NCBI GenBank assembly: GCA_041665365.1
Contig: JBAYIY010000003.1
Coordinates: 4,260-68,259, forward strand
Source of the DNA: Patescibacteria group bacterium
Lineage (GTDB): Bacteria; Patescibacteriota; Patescibacteriia; UBA9570
DNA: 64,000 nt
Direction of reading: 5' to 3'
A program made the position numbers and the translations under genes. Below the pieces are notes generated by a model. It saw nothing but the letters and a program-made list of their open reading frames with translations, was not told the DNA's origin and searched no databases. Positions 36,902-47,144 of the stretch are shown piece after piece (the first letter of the stretch is position 1; each line of letters opens with the position of its first letter).

Positions 36902-39900
36902 ATGATTGTTTTGATCAAACAACAAATAAAAAACCAAGAAAACCAGCCCAGATCGATCTTTTCTGGTCTGTGGTTATTGTTAATGCATGTGTTATTGGGT
37001 GTTTATCACGTCATATTGATCATGTTTTTCCCGGCCAGCACCAGTTTTGCCAAAGTGAATGATTTATCTAGCAATGGGTATAAAACATCATATATAAGAC
37101 ACTGTCGTTTGCAACACAATGTTCGGTTCGGTACCTTAGCCTATTCACTGGTGTTGGTAACTATCATAACGATGATTCAGGCCACTGTCTCGATTATTAA
37201 CCCAGAACAATTTGGTCAATCAGCTTATGCCGCCACCTTTGAAGTAAACACAAATGAATTCACCAGTGACGGTAGTTGTGACCCACTAGGTGGCGGTGGT
37301 TTAGATTGTACTATCCGTGAAGCCATTGCTTTAGCTGGTCCAAATGACAGCATCACTTTTGATAATAATTATACTATTACTACAACTATCCCTCTTAATA
37401 TCTTGAATGCTGGATTAACAATTGATGGAGCCGCGGCCGGAGGAACGGTGACAATAAATTGTAATAATGTAGCCAATTTTGGTTTTGTAGTATCGGCTGA
37501 TGATGTTACGCTAAAAAATATTACAATCGAGAATTGCACAAATGACTCTATCATATTAAAAAATAGCGGTTTTTTAGTCGATGCCGTGACAGTATCGAGT
37601 GGTAATAATCGTGGTATTTATGTTGAACCTGCTGTAACTAGCGGTACTATCATGGGGAGTACATTAACTGAAAATCTAGTCGGAATTTTTGTGATAAATA
37701 GTTCTGGTCTTACTATTACGGGCAATACAGTTGAGCAGAGCACTTTGCAGGGTATGCAAATAAATGGTGTGACTGGTTCTGTCATCACCGCTAATACAAT
37801 AACCAACAATAGTGATGTTGGTCTTAGTTTATTACCGAACAGTGATAGCAATACTATTACTAATAATACAATTACCAATAATAGTGGTAGTGCCGGTTTA
37901 GCCATTGATACTTCAGACAGTAACTTGATTACTGGTAACACCATCACTGGTAACACAACGAGAGGGATGTATTTCACGAGTAGCTCTAATAATCAAGTAA
38001 GTGGTAATACAATCAGTGGAGCAGATGCTGTGGTGGTTGATGCTGGTTCAACTGATAATATCATTGGTGCCAGTTTAACTAGTCCGGATACGACGGGTAA
38101 TAACATAACTAGCACAACAGATGGTATTGAGTATATTAGTGCTACCACTAAGGACAACTATCATAGAAAAAATAGTTTCGTTTCTGTTGGAGCAAGTTTT
38201 GTTGCCAATACCAGTGGTGCCCAAAGTGATAGTTCAACTCCAGTAATTACTGCTTGGTATAATGATGGCATTTATGGTACAGCCAGTGCTGATAGTACGG
38301 TTGATATTTACGATGCAGCAAATTATATTACTAGCACTACAGCCAACTCAGCTGGTTTATGGTCGATCACAGATAGTTCATTATCTGAACAGACTACTCT
38401 GGCGGTGATGGCCACAGTCCAAGCTGCCGGCTCAAGTGATTTTGCTACTACTACAGCGCAAACTCCTTTAGCCATTTCTAGTGTTGTCACTGAGCCATCC
38501 ACTAATTTGGCTACAATCAGTTGGGGAACTAATTTGTTGGCAACCAGTACACTGCGTTATGCGCCGGCTAATGGTGGAGCCGAGGCCGTGACTGTCACCC
38601 TAGCTGATGCTAGTACTACTTTTAGTACAGCGTTATCTGGTTTAGCTCCAGCTTCACAATATGATTGTACCATTACCGGTACGGCTGAATATCTTACTGA
38701 TAATACAGCTAGTGGTGATTGTACTTTCACAACTAGCTCAGCTTCAGCGACCGAAACAACCTATGCTGATACGGTTGTAAAAAATGTGACTGTGATAGAT
38801 GCTTATGATAATCATACTACTATCACTGGAGCGGCTGATCAGAGTGAGATTTTTCCGTATGGTAAATTAACCTTTGTTTTTAAAGATACAGAGTTACAAT
38901 TAAATGATTACCGCTTACATTTTGTCTTACATGAAGCTAAGCAAAATGCGACCGATATTATTAATAAAAAGAAAGCCTTTGATAGTAATGGTCGAGCTGA
39001 GTTCAATGTCAAGAAACAACAACTAGCACTCGAAAAAACTTATGCCGTATTTTCTGGGTTAGTAGCTAGTAATGGGACGTATTTAAATACAGATGGCTTA
39101 GCTAGACAATTCACCTTTAGTTTAATTGACGCGCCACAATTATTAGCACCAAGTGAACGAGTTTACAATGGTATGCCAGAGCGATTTGTAGTGGCATCAG
39201 CCGCACCTAGCGTGACCGTATATTTAGAAAATCAGGCCGGTGTGGAGCAGTTTCATTGTACCGCTACTATGGTGGATAATGTTGGTGCCTGTACGCCACC
39301 CTTCGGTGTGGCCTTGGGGGATTATACTGTGCGTTTAGTTGATGCGCGCGGTGGTGTGGTCACAAAATCATTATATATTACAGCTCAAGCTCCCGATAAT
39401 GTTATCAACACAGATGATCGATCTGATAATTACAACAAACGTTTGATTACCACCGGTCAGCCAACCTTAGTTGGTATTATTCCAACTGGAGAAAAAGTTG
39501 AGATATCCATTCCGCAAATTAATGGTGCCATGTTAGCCGATGTGGCAGATAGTACCGGGCCAATCACGACCTGGTCATTCACTTTACGTTTAACCACTTT
39601 ACCATTAGGTGAAACCGATATTAAAGTGAATGATCAAACCATCTTAGTGTATCGTGTGCCTGGGGCGGTGCAACCAGCCGTGATTAGTCCAGATAATAAT
39701 AGTGCAGCACCAATTGCACCACGGATTCAAGTAATTAGTCCGGATGATCATGAATTAGAGATCTTGAACAGTGCCGGTGTGCAGCTGTTCAGAAATGGTT
39801 ATACCAATGGTGGTTTAGTAGTTGATTTACGTGCCTGGTATACCTTGCCTGGTACTTATACTATTACATTACGCAATCGTAATACTATAAATTTAATTTC

Positions 39901-40666
39901 TAAGAGTGTTTCTTTTACCTTTACTATTACCGCACCTGTTAGCGTGACAACTACCACGCCAGAACCAACCATAATTGAACCGATTGTAACTCCAATTACA
40001 ACTCCAATCGTAACTGAACCGATAGTTGATGTCGTTAAAGTTGAAACGGATTTACAACAAGTTGCCACAGAAACACAACAACCGCCAGTTTTTCCAACTA
40101 TTACTACGCAGCATGTTGTCGTCGACGATACCTTTAAAGCTTTAATCACAAAAGAAGTGAGTATCGGTACAGTGGTGGATTTTGCACCTGATGAAAACAC
40201 TGTTGTAACACCGGGAGAATTACCGATCATCACTCATACCGTGGAAGTATCACTTTGGGATTGGCTGACCGGTCGCACATCAACTTCAGTTGATAAAACT
40301 AACGTGGTGTTGTGTGGCACGGTAAAATTACCAGAGGAAGTGAAGACTGAGCCAGCCTATATGATTGTGTCGGTCTTTTCAGCACCAGTGGTAAAAATTG
40401 CCCAAGTTAATCATAACGGTCAGTGGAGTATGACGGTGCCGGCAGAATTATTAACCACGGGTGAGCATACCGTGTTTGCTGCCTTGGATGTAAATGGCAC
40501 ACAATCCGATCAAGTTGAAATTGCCCGGTTCGTGATTCAACGGCAACAACGTCTGTCGAATACAACTTGGTTAGTGATTATCAATGTAGTGGTGGTACTC
40601 ATTGCTGGATTATCTATTTGGTTGATTCGATTACGTCAGAAGCGAATGAATAATTCAACTTTATGA
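36902..40666 (+). CDS. Large surface protein: CSLREA-like motif, right-handed beta-helix, FN3/Ig-like domains, C-terminal TM anchor
   Basis: CTIREAI; repeated ITGNTITGN/ITNNTITNN; LSGLAPASQY; C-terminal TM plus RLRQKR. Confidence 0.78.
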   Translation: MIVLIKQQIKNQENQPRSIFSGLWLLLMHVLLGVYHVILIMFFPASTSFAKVNDLSSNGYKTSYIRHCRLQHNVRFGTLAYSLVLVTIITMIQATVSIINPEQFGQSAYAATFEVNTNEFTSDGSCDPLGGGGLDCTIREAIALAGPNDSITFDNNYTITTTIPLNILNAGLTIDGAAAGGTVTINCNNVANFGFVVSADDVTLKNITIENCTNDSIILKNSGFLVDAVTVSSGNNRGIYVEPAVTSGTIMGSTLTENLVGIFVINSSGLTITGNTVEQSTLQGMQINGVTGSVITANTITNNSDVGLSLLPNSDSNTITNNTITNNSGSAGLAIDTSDSNLITGNTITGNTTRGMYFTSSSNNQVSGNTISGADAVVVDAGSTDNIIGASLTSPDTTGNNITSTTDGIEYISATTKDNYHRKNSFVSVGASFVANTSGAQSDSSTPVITAWYNDGIYGTASADSTVDIYDAANYITSTTANSAGLWSITDSSLSEQTTLAVMATVQAAGSSDFATTTAQTPLAISSVVTEPSTNLATISWGTNLLATSTLRYAPANGGAEAVTVTLADASTTFSTALSGLAPASQYDCTITGTAEYLTDNTASGDCTFTTSSASATETTYADTVVKNVTVIDAYDNHTTITGAADQSEIFPYGKLTFVFKDTELQLNDYRLHFVLHEAKQNATDIINKKKAFDSNGRAEFNVKKQQLALEKTYAVFSGLVASNGTYLNTDGLARQFTFSLIDAPQLLAPSERVYNGMPERFVVASAAPSVTVYLENQAGVEQFHCTATMVDNVGACTPPFGVALGDYTVRLVDARGGVVTKSLYITAQAPDNVINTDDRSDNYNKRLITTGQPTLVGIIPTGEKVEISIPQINGAMLADVADSTGPITTWSFTLRLTTLPLGETDIKVNDQTILVYRVPGAVQPAVISPDNNSAAPIAPRIQVISPDDHELEILNSAGVQLFRNGYTNGGLVVDLRAWYTLPGTYTITLRNRNTINLISKSVSFTFTITAPVSVTTTTPEPTIIEPIVTPITTPIVTEPIVDVVKVETDLQQVATETQQPPVFPTITTQHVVVDDTFKALITKEVSIGTVVDFAPDENTVVTPGELPIITHTVEVSLWDWLTGRTSTSVDKTNVVLCGTVKLPEEVKTEPAYMIVSVFSAPVVKIAQVNHNGQWSMTVPAELLTTGEHTVFAALDVNGTQSDQVEIARFVIQRQQRLSNTTWLVIINVVVVLIAGLSIWLIRLRQKRMNNSTL

Positions 40667-41208
40667 AACGGTTGTTATTATTACTCTGTGCATTATCATT
40701 TTACCCGGCTAGTTTAGCGGCTGCGACCGCTGGCAGTGTGCATGTCGTGGCTCACGCCAACGATGCGGCTGCGCTTGAGATAGTCGATCGCACAACCATC
40801 GTGAAACAAATCGATTATCTTGGTTTAGATTCAACCAGTCAACCCGTCACAACAGAAATTGAGTTTAGTGGGACAGCGGCGACACCACAAGCTACAGTTA
40901 AGGTTTCTATTCCGGCGGCTGACATTGCGCAATTAACCGAAGTAGACAGCGCTGGTAAATGGAGTATAGCTTTACCAACTCAAGCACTGACACCAGGGAA
41001 TTATTATGCTTATGTATCAGCCGCAGATATAACTGAGACCAATAAAACTCTAGGTTTACCCGTAGCCTATTTCACCGTGTTGAATAATCAATCATTGTCG
41101 GTGGCAACCTGGATATTTTTAGTCACCAGTGGATTAGCCATTTTTGCTTTATTATTGGCGATTACTTTACAATTGCGTTATAATGCTGAACATCATCCCG
41201 TTTTATGA
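40663..41208 (+). CDS. Small secreted Ig-like (Big) domain protein with C-terminal TM
   Basis: Signal peptide, FSGTA...VDSAGKWSI...LTPGNY, TM; resembles the last domain of the upstream protein. Confidence 0.62.
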   Translation: MKRLLLLLCALSFYPASLAAATAGSVHVVAHANDAAALEIVDRTTIVKQIDYLGLDSTSQPVTTEIEFSGTAATPQATVKVSIPAADIAQLTEVDSAGKWSIALPTQALTPGNYYAYVSAADITETNKTLGLPVAYFTVLNNQSLSVATWIFLVTSGLAIFALLLAITLQLRYNAEHHPVL

Positions 41209-42185
41209 CAATTTTTTCCGGTATTCAACCGTCTGGCTCAATTCATTTAGGAAATTATATCGGCGCTATTCGACAATGGGTTGAACTTCAAACCAGTGCG
41301 CAGCCGTGTCTTTATTGCATTGTGGATTATCATGCTATCACTGTCCGACAAGATCCTGACACACTCAATGAAAATATTCGGTCACTGGCCGCCATGTATC
41401 TGGCCGTCGGTTTAGATCCAACAAAAGTTATCTTATTTAAACAATCAGATGTATCAGCGCATACTGAACTAGCCTGGATCTTGAACACGCTAACCTATAT
41501 GGGTGAACTGGAGCGCATGACGCAATACAAAGATAAAATCAAACAACACAAAAAAAACAATAATGTTGGTTTATTTACTTATCCAGTCTTGATGGCAGCC
41601 GATATATTATTATATCAAACTGAGGCTGTGCCCGTCGGGGAAGATCAATCGCAACACGTTGAATTAACTCGTGATATCGCGCAACGCTTTAATGAACGTT
41701 ATGGTGATACATTTATCGTACCGAAAGTGTTGCAACCTACTGTCGGAACACGGATTATGAGTCTAGATGATCCAACTAAAAAGATGAGTAAATCCGCCAC
41801 TAGCCCGTTAGGTTATATCAGTTTAACTGATACGCCAGAGGTGATTACAAAAAAAATAAAAAAGGCCGTCACTGATTCCGGTACGGACATTATTGCCAGC
41901 GATGATAAACCGGCTCTTAAAAACCTCTTAACTATCTATTCAGTATTGTCCGGTAAAACTATCACTCAACTCGAAACACTTTACGCCAAGCAAGGTTATG
42001 GTAAATTCAAAACTGATTTAGCCGAAGTAATAGTGAATTGGGTAAAACCAATTCAAGCACGTTATCAAACTTTAATGGTAGATCAAGTTAGTTTAGATCA
42101 AATCTTACAGCACGGCGCTGACCAAGCGAAAATTTTGGCAGATAAAACATTGCGCGATGTCAAAAGTAAAATCGGCCTCAACTAA
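41205..42185 (+). CDS. trpS: Tryptophanyl-tRNA synthetase
   Basis: FSGIQPSG, HLGN, YPVLMAADIL, VPVGEDQ, KMSKS. Confidence 0.97.
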   Translation: MTIFSGIQPSGSIHLGNYIGAIRQWVELQTSAQPCLYCIVDYHAITVRQDPDTLNENIRSLAAMYLAVGLDPTKVILFKQSDVSAHTELAWILNTLTYMGELERMTQYKDKIKQHKKNNNVGLFTYPVLMAADILLYQTEAVPVGEDQSQHVELTRDIAQRFNERYGDTFIVPKVLQPTVGTRIMSLDDPTKKMSKSATSPLGYISLTDTPEVITKKIKKAVTDSGTDIIASDDKPALKNLLTIYSVLSGKTITQLETLYAKQGYGKFKTDLAEVIVNWVKPIQARYQTLMVDQVSLDQILQHGADQAKILADKTLRDVKSKIGLN

Positions 42186-43464
42186 AATCCCGACCATCCT
42201 AATTTTTGGGTTAGGCGGTTATGTGCATGGCAGTGGTACTGCCGCGGCTCTGTATTTTGCTAAACAGGGCTATCATGTGATTGTGACCGATCAAAAATCT
42301 GCCGATCTATTACATCAAGGCACAATAAAAAAATTAAATAAATACCCCAATGTTGAGTTAGTGTTGGGAAAACATCGTAAAACCGATATTAGACGAGCTG
42401 ATTTGATAGTTCGTAATCCGGGTGTGTCGGATCAATCACCCTTTATGCAGTATGCCCACCAATTAAAAAAACCGATTACAAATGATGTGGGTATTTTCTT
42501 GGATGAATTAAAAGAGCAGTTCGGGCCAGATGGTGTGACGGTGGTTGGTATCACCGGAACGCGCGGTAAAAGTACCACTACGGCTTTAATTGGCCACATG
42601 CTACAAGCACGGGTGGGCGGAAACATTGGTTTGTCACCCTTAACTTTTCTCAATAAAATCAAAGCTAATGATGTAGTAGTGTTAGAGCTATCTAGTTGGT
42701 TATTACGTGATTTACATCTACCTAGTTTGTCTGTCGCAGTAGTAACAAACATGTTGCGCGATCACATGAATTATTACAAAAACATGTCATTGTATCAGGC
42801 CGATAAAGAACGCATCTTTTTAGGCCAAGCACCCTACCATCATGCTGTAGTAAATGCGACTGATAGTAGAGTTCGTCAGATGGCAAAAAAAACTAAAGCG
42901 CAATTACATTGGTTTAATAAAACCAGTATTAAGGGAGTACAATTATTAGGTGAACATAATCAATTTAATATTGGGGCGGCTTGGCAAGTAGGGAAAGTAT
43001 TTGGTTTAACCGATAAACAATTAGTTGCAGCTGTTAAATCATTTAAACCATTAGCGAATCGTTTAGAAGTAATTCGCGTACATAACGGTCGGACATTTAT
43101 CAACGATACTACAGCCACAACTCCAGATGCGACTATTGCAGCACTGTTATCATTTAAGAAAAAAGTGATTTTAATTGCTGGTGGCAACTCTAAACAGTTA
43201 TCATTAACAGCCCTGCGTAAATTAATCCCTCAACATGTAAAAAAACTGATTTTATTACCCGGTAATGCCAATCATGATTTTCCTCCTGGTATTACTGTGT
43301 CTACCATGGCGCAAGCCGTGCGTACTGCCTGGCAGTTATCCAAACCCGGCGATATTATTTTATTATCGCCGGGTGTGACCTGGTTACCCTTAATGAATGA
43401 ATTTAAACGCGGTGAAGAGTTTGTTAAGGAGGTAAAAAAACACCTCCCCAACCCTCCTATATAG
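42157..43464 (+). CDS. murD: UDP-N-acetylmuramoyl-L-alanine-D-glutamate ligase
   Basis: GITGTRGKSTT, GGNIG, LELSSW, DHMNYY, NRLE, INDT, LIAGG, LLSPG. Confidence 0.85.
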   Translation: MSKVKSASTKIPTILIFGLGGYVHGSGTAAALYFAKQGYHVIVTDQKSADLLHQGTIKKLNKYPNVELVLGKHRKTDIRRADLIVRNPGVSDQSPFMQYAHQLKKPITNDVGIFLDELKEQFGPDGVTVVGITGTRGKSTTTALIGHMLQARVGGNIGLSPLTFLNKIKANDVVVLELSSWLLRDLHLPSLSVAVVTNMLRDHMNYYKNMSLYQADKERIFLGQAPYHHAVVNATDSRVRQMAKKTKAQLHWFNKTSIKGVQLLGEHNQFNIGAAWQVGKVFGLTDKQLVAAVKSFKPLANRLEVIRVHNGRTFINDTTATTPDATIAALLSFKKKVILIAGGNSKQLSLTALRKLIPQHVKKLILLPGNANHDFPPGITVSTMAQAVRTAWQLSKPGDIILLSPGVTWLPLMNEFKRGEEFVKEVKKHLPNPPI

Positions 43465-43514
43465 GAGGGAGTAAGAAAAAATCTTAACCCCTTCCTAAAT
43501 AGGAAGGTGTATTC
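43441..43514. repeat. Family B double-hairpin element supplying the murD C-terminus and stop
   Basis: CCCAA-CCCTCCTA/TAGGAGGG-AGTAAGAAA...CCTTCCTA/TAGGAAGG. Confidence 0.75.
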
Positions 43515-43519
43515 CGGCA

Positions 43520-44248
43520 TTATAAATGCGCGTAGCGTTTGATTTGTTCAAGAAAGGGCATCTTTTCTCCACTACATTCAAAGATGTAACTAGGAGGAGT
43601 ATTGTGTAATTTTGGTTCGGCCTGTTGCATAACTCGTAGAGTTTGACGTGCCACGGCTTCATTTGAATCGATCACTTTAACATCTGGTCCAACCAGGCGT
43701 TGAATTCGTCCCTTTATTAGGGTGTAATGGGTACAGCCTAAGACAACAATGTCAGCCTCGCCAATTGGTTTGAGATAGTGTTTTAGTTGTTCTTCGGTTA
43801 AACGGTGAAATTCAATGGCGGTGGCTAAACCAATGCAGGGAATTTTTTTCACGTTTTTATCGGGCGCAAATTCAGCAATCAATTGGTCAGTATAAGGTGA
43901 TTCAGTTGTGACCACCGTAGCCAATAAAGCAATCTGACCATTTTTAGTTAGAGCCGCGGCTGTTTTAATAACTGGCACAACTCCAATAATAGATTTTGGT
44001 ACATGCGCACGAAAAAAATCTAAATCGTTCACTGAAGCAGTATTGCAGGCCAGCACAATAACATCACAAGTTTTGGCTAATTTTTTTAAACCGTTTAAGG
44101 TAATGTGCCGAATTTCATCTGGAGTGCGTTCACCAAATGGAAAAAAAGCTGTATCGGCATAATAGGTGATACTTTCGGTTGGTAGAACTTGTTTGATAGT
44201 ATTGAAGATGCCGAGACCGCCAATACCTGAATCATAGACGCCGATCAT
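43520..44248 (-). CDS. murI: Glutamate racemase
   Basis: IGVYDSGIGGL, LACNTAS, LGCTHY. Confidence 0.94.
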   Translation of the reverse strand: MIGVYDSGIGGLGIFNTIKQVLPTESITYYADTAFFPFGERTPDEIRHITLNGLKKLAKTCDVIVLACNTASVNDLDFFRAHVPKSIIGVVPVIKTAAALTKNGQIALLATVVTTESPYTDQLIAEFAPDKNVKKIPCIGLATAIEFHRLTEEQLKHYLKPIGEADIVVLGCTHYTLIKGRIQRLVGPDVKVIDSNEAVARQTLRVMQQAEPKLHNTPPSYIFECSGEKMPFLEQIKRYAHL

Positions 44249-44268
44249 AGTTGGATCAGTTTAACATG

Positions 44269-45783
44269 TTAATGAATAATCAGACTAGTGCCAGTCATGT
44301 CAACTGGTTTTGGTTCACCCAGGATATCTAAAATAGTGGCCGCGCAATCTTTTAAAGTGCCATCATCGCGCAATTTAGCTTGTTTATGTTGGTCATCAAT
44401 TAAAATAAATGGGACAAATGAATCCGTGTGAAAGGTATGTGGGCAGTTATAGGTGGGATCCCACATGACTTCGGCATCACCATGATCGGCGGTTATTATC
44501 ATCACACCATCATGGACTTTTAATTCTTGATAGATGATATGTAAAGCGCGATCAATCGCTTCCACCCCTAAAATGGTGGCGGGTTTGTTACCGGTATGGC
44601 CGAGCATATCGGCATTGGGAAAATTCATCACATACACATCAAAAGCATCACTTTTTAAGTGTTTCACAGCCTCAGCGGCAATGGCCTCAGCTTGCATTGC
44701 TGGCTTTAAATCATAGGTGGCAATTTTATCTGATGGAATCAGGACACGTTCTTCACCTGGAAATGGATCTTCGCGCATGACATTAAATATTTTGGTCACA
44801 TAAACCCATTTTTCTGTCTCAGTGAGACGGAGTTGTGAATAACCACGTTTACTCAATACTTCACCTAGAATATTTTTCGCGGCCAGTTCAACACGCGCCA
44901 ATGCGGCTGGGGCGGGCATATCAGTATAATATTCACTCATGCCCACATAATGTAACTTTGGTACAGTGCGCCGAGTAAAATGTTTAAACCCTGGTTCTAT
45001 TAAAGCTTGTGTAATTTCAATTTCCCGATCGATGCGAAAATTAAAATTTATCACCACATCACCATCACGCATTATGCCATCGGGATTAATAATTGTCGGT
45101 TGAATAAATTCATCAGTTTCACCGCGCGCATAAGCCGTTGTAATAGCAGCATCGGCGGAGTTTGCCTGGTGTAAACCTTCGCCTAGAACTAATAATTTAT
45201 AAGCCGCTTCAATCCGTTCCCAACGATGATCGCGATCCATCACCCACCAGCGGCCTTGTAGTGTCGCCACATCATTACCCAATTTGGCCACATATTGACG
45301 CGCGGAAGTTGGCGGCACATCACGTCCGTCTGTAATGGCATGAATAAACACATCCTTCACTCCACCAGCTTTGGCCATGGCGACTAATTCATGACAGGCT
45401 GTGTCGTAAGTATGTACACCACCATCGGAGATTAAACCCATAAGGTGTAAACGGCCAGTTCCGGTAACCGCTTGTTGGATGGCTTTTAATAGAACGGGAT
45501 TCTTGCGAATATCTCCTGTCGCAATGGCCTGCAGTAATTGCATTTGAGGCAACAATAAGTTGCGTCCGGCTCCCATAATTAAATGACCCATCTCGGTTGA
45601 ACCAGGGTGACCTTGTGGTAGACCAATGTGTGGACCAGCCGCACCAATCGGTTTGTTGGGATAGTTCGCTAGAAAAGAGTCGATCGTGGGAGTTTTCGCT
45701 AAAAAAATCGCATTATGAGCATCATCGGTACCAATACCCCAGCCATCGAGAATAATAAACATCACCGGACGTTTACTTTTCAT
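44269..45783 (-). CDS. gpmI: 2,3-bisphosphoglycerate-independent phosphoglycerate mutase
   Basis: IILDGWG, SDGGVH, TDGRDVPP, MDRDHRW, ETEK, NADMLGHTG, TADHG. Confidence 0.88.
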   Translation of the reverse strand: MKSKRPVMFIILDGWGIGTDDAHNAIFLAKTPTIDSFLANYPNKPIGAAGPHIGLPQGHPGSTEMGHLIMGAGRNLLLPQMQLLQAIATGDIRKNPVLLKAIQQAVTGTGRLHLMGLISDGGVHTYDTACHELVAMAKAGGVKDVFIHAITDGRDVPPTSARQYVAKLGNDVATLQGRWWVMDRDHRWERIEAAYKLLVLGEGLHQANSADAAITTAYARGETDEFIQPTIINPDGIMRDGDVVINFNFRIDREIEITQALIEPGFKHFTRRTVPKLHYVGMSEYYTDMPAPAALARVELAAKNILGEVLSKRGYSQLRLTETEKWVYVTKIFNVMREDPFPGEERVLIPSDKIATYDLKPAMQAEAIAAEAVKHLKSDAFDVYVMNFPNADMLGHTGNKPATILGVEAIDRALHIIYQELKVHDGVMIITADHGDAEVMWDPTYNCPHTFHTDSFVPFILIDDQHKQAKLRDDGTLKDCAATILDILGEPKPVDMTGTSLIIH

Positions 45784-47144
45784 GCGCGAATCAAGGTTAA
45801 CAATTCTTTAGTTTTTTCATCCAGTAATTGCGCGGATCTAGCCTCAAGATTTAAGCGTAATAATGGTTCGGTATTAGACGCTCGTACATTAAACCAGTAA
45901 TCTTCATACTCAATGGTGATACCATCTAACTCTGAGATTTTTTTCGCCTGTGGTCCATAAGTATTTTTAATGTTTGCCATGACCTGTAATGGGTGGGTGA
46001 CAGTTGAGTTTATTTCTCCGGAATGGAAATATTTGCGTAATGGCCGCACTTGGTCAGCGATCGTAGCTGATTCACGACTGAATAACTGTAAGAGTTTTAA
46101 TACTACAATACATGGTGCTTCAAATGTGCCGTGGGGTAATTTTACAAAGAAATGGCCAGATGACTCACCGGCAAAAACGGCGCCTTCTCTTAGGGCTTGT
46201 TCTTTAATCAATGAGTGGCCAACTTTGGTAACCGATGGTTTACCACCATATTGTTCGATCATATCCTGGGTGATGCGACCGGGTCTAATATCGTAACAAA
46301 TCGTACTGCCAGGAAATTGTTCCAGAAAAACTTTGGCTAATAATCCACGCACCATGGCTGGTTCAATTAATTTACCCTCATTGTCGATGAAAAAAATCCG
46401 ATCACCATCACCATCCGTGGCAATACCCAGGTCGGCTTTTTCTTCCACAACTCGTTTCATTAAGGCGAGATTATTTTCCTCTTTGAACGGATCAGCTTCA
46501 TGGGCTGGAAAGGTACCATCCAAATTAAAATTCATCATGATAAGTTCACACGGGAGATGCTTGAATAATTCTGTGAGATAAGTTGCCCCCATGGCATTAG
46601 CCGCATCGGCCACAATCTTAAATGGTTTTATATTATTAGTACCAGCAAACTGAATGGCCTCAGCCACATCATTTATGACAATATCAGCACGGGTTTCGAC
46701 GTGACCAGTATTTTTTTTATTATTATAATCAACGTTTTTCGAAACGGCATCACGTAATGTCATAATGCCGGTATCTTTACTGACCGGGACACCACCGGCC
46801 CGCACCATTTTTAGACCATTGTATTGTGGGGGATTGTGTGAGGCCGATACCATCAAACCACCATCATAACCATACTTTGCAACAGCAAAATAGAAAGCCG
46901 GCGTTGAGACTAACCCAACATCAACTACTATTTGGCCTTCATCTAACAAACCCTGAATGACCGCCTGCTTCAAACTAGGTGATGATAGACGCATGTCCGC
47001 GCCGACGACTAATTTTAATTGACGATTATTTTGTTCAGCCGAAATTAATTGAGATAAAGACCGGGCAGTTTTATAGGCGATATCCTCGGTTAATTCCGAA
47101 CCATAAACGCCACGAATATCGTAGGCTTTAAAGATTTCTCCCAT
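45780..47144 (-). CDS. Phosphomannomutase/phosphoglucomutase
   Basis: FKAYDIRG, SASHNP, DGDGDR, GESSGH, RASNTEP. Confidence 0.93.
   Translation of the reverse strand: MGEIFKAYDIRGVYGSELTEDIAYKTARSLSQLISAEQNNRQLKLVVGADMRLSSPSLKQAVIQGLLDEGQIVVDVGLVSTPAFYFAVAKYGYDGGLMVSASHNPPQYNGLKMVRAGGVPVSKDTGIMTLRDAVSKNVDYNNKKNTGHVETRADIVINDVAEAIQFAGTNNIKPFKIVADAANAMGATYLTELFKHLPCELIMMNFNLDGTFPAHEADPFKEENNLALMKRVVEEKADLGIATDGDGDRIFFIDNEGKLIEPAMVRGLLAKVFLEQFPGSTICYDIRPGRITQDMIEQYGGKPSVTKVGHSLIKEQALREGAVFAGESSGHFFVKLPHGTFEAPCIVVLKLLQLFSRESATIADQVRPLRKYFHSGEINSTVTHPLQVMANIKNTYGPQAKKISELDGITIEYEDYWFNVRASNTEPLLRLNLEARSAQLLDEKTKELLTLIRA

Noticed and set aside
37600-38120. Low-complexity AAT/ACT-rich periodic DNA
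   Set aside because: Explained by the beta-helix protein repeats (ITNNT/ITGNT)
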